From the NCBI RefSeq assembly GCF_006345805.1, contig NC_043010.1, positions 25,358,001 through 25,422,000 on the forward strand: a DNA stretch of 64,000 bases. Reading direction: 5' to 3'. Of the stretch, positions 63,113 to 64,000 are shown one piece after another; position 1 is the stretch's first letter, and each line of letters opens with the position of its first letter. The translations under genes and the position numbers were made by a program. Under the pieces are notes generated by a model. It was not told the DNA's origin. It saw only the letters and a program-made list of their open reading frames with translations, and searched no databases. The stretch comes from Octopus sinensis (taxonomy: Eukaryota).

Positions 63113-63181
63113 GATAGATAGATATACACACACACACATAAAGATATAGATATATATGTAAGTGTGTGTGTGCATATGTGA

Positions 63182-63270
<89 letters not shown>
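62410..63270. repeat. Microsatellite cluster (TA, TG, GATA)
   Basis: Direct reading. Confidence 0.9.
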
Positions 63271-63412
63271 TGAATTGTCAGTAGCTCATATATCTGAGAA
63301 AGAAGCACACACTCTAAAGCATGGGAACAGTAATATATTTTTTAGGAAGATGAAAGTTCGCACCTATAAAGCACTTAGTAGTAATATAGACTGAAATGGC
63401 TGAAGGCCTTCA

Positions 63413-63491
63413 AGCCATTTCAGTCTGATGAGTCACCTATACTGCTAAGCACTTTATAGGTATGAAACCAATGGTCACTCTATGACTGGCT
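63413..63491 (+). ncRNA. Type I hammerhead ribozyme motif
   Basis: agcca tttc AGT CTGATGA gtcACCTATA ctgctaagcactt TATAGGTat GAAA CC aat GG TC ACT ctatgac tggct; predicted cleavage after 63476. Confidence 0.7.
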
Positions 63492-63573
63492 ATAACTTTA
63501 TATATTTATATATGTCATTTGTTGAAAACATAAATCCAAAAGAAGCTGCAGACTCCAAGATGTAGAGCCATAT

Positions 63574-63799
63574 ATATTAAAAATGGGGAAAGCCACTTTA
63601 TGGGATTACCTTAGGTTTCCTGTCCATAAAGGGTTTAGCTTTGTGGTGTATTGTCAGATCCCAAAAACATGTTGGCGCATGACTTCTTAAAAAAATTTCC
63701 TCTTCCATAATTTTTAAGATGATAGGCCATAAAGCTAAACCCTTTATGGACAGGAAACCTAAGGTAATCCCATAAACTGGCCTTTCCCATTTTTAATAT
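63574..63799. mobile_element. MITE with ~70-bp terminal inverted repeats
   Basis: atattaaaaatggggaaag...tttagctttgtgg vs ccataaagctaaa...tttcccatttttaatat. Confidence 0.75.
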
Positions 63800-64000
63800 G
63801 CACACCCACACACACACACATGATGGACTTTCCTGTTGGTTTCAACATATGAGGATCTGACAATCTACTCTTTCTTTGTCAGTCATAATACTTATATTGA
63901 ATGTGACAATCATTTGTAAAAAGTCCACAGATACTGCAAGCATGAGAATTACAGGTCAGTGCAGGTTGTATATTTGCAGCCACTTTTCTCCTTTGCTTTA

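Overview
AT-rich, repeat-dense animal DNA; the microsatellite load and SINE/RTE/Penelope landscape suggest an octopus (inference). Two host genes lie head-to-head. UVSSA is on the minus strand: 9 coding exons at 35288->4821 splice in phase to about 593 codons, and the 3' exons lie beyond the window's left edge. A complete BORCS7 is on the plus strand (5 exons, 47362-57967, 99 aa, including a 21-nt microexon). The introns hold a near-intact CsRn1/Boudicca-type Ty3/gypsy element, a young CR1/L2-type LINE, two RTE LINEs with a PHD-like finger, several Penelope-like elements (one split by a Helitron), Helentron-type elements, MITEs and many tRNA-derived SINEs. Most notable: (i) hammerhead-ribozyme motifs in Penelope pseudo-LTRs, including U3-A8 core variants and an inverted pair where only the copy in the UVSSA sense has lost its cleavage site; (ii) an LTR with three tandem UPRE-like motifs, a -1 frameshift signal and a leader splice acceptor that could truncate UVSSA; (iii) locally templated insertions; (iv) two independent SINE-into-SINE insertions at the same homologous site. 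Everything was read by eye and no database search was run.
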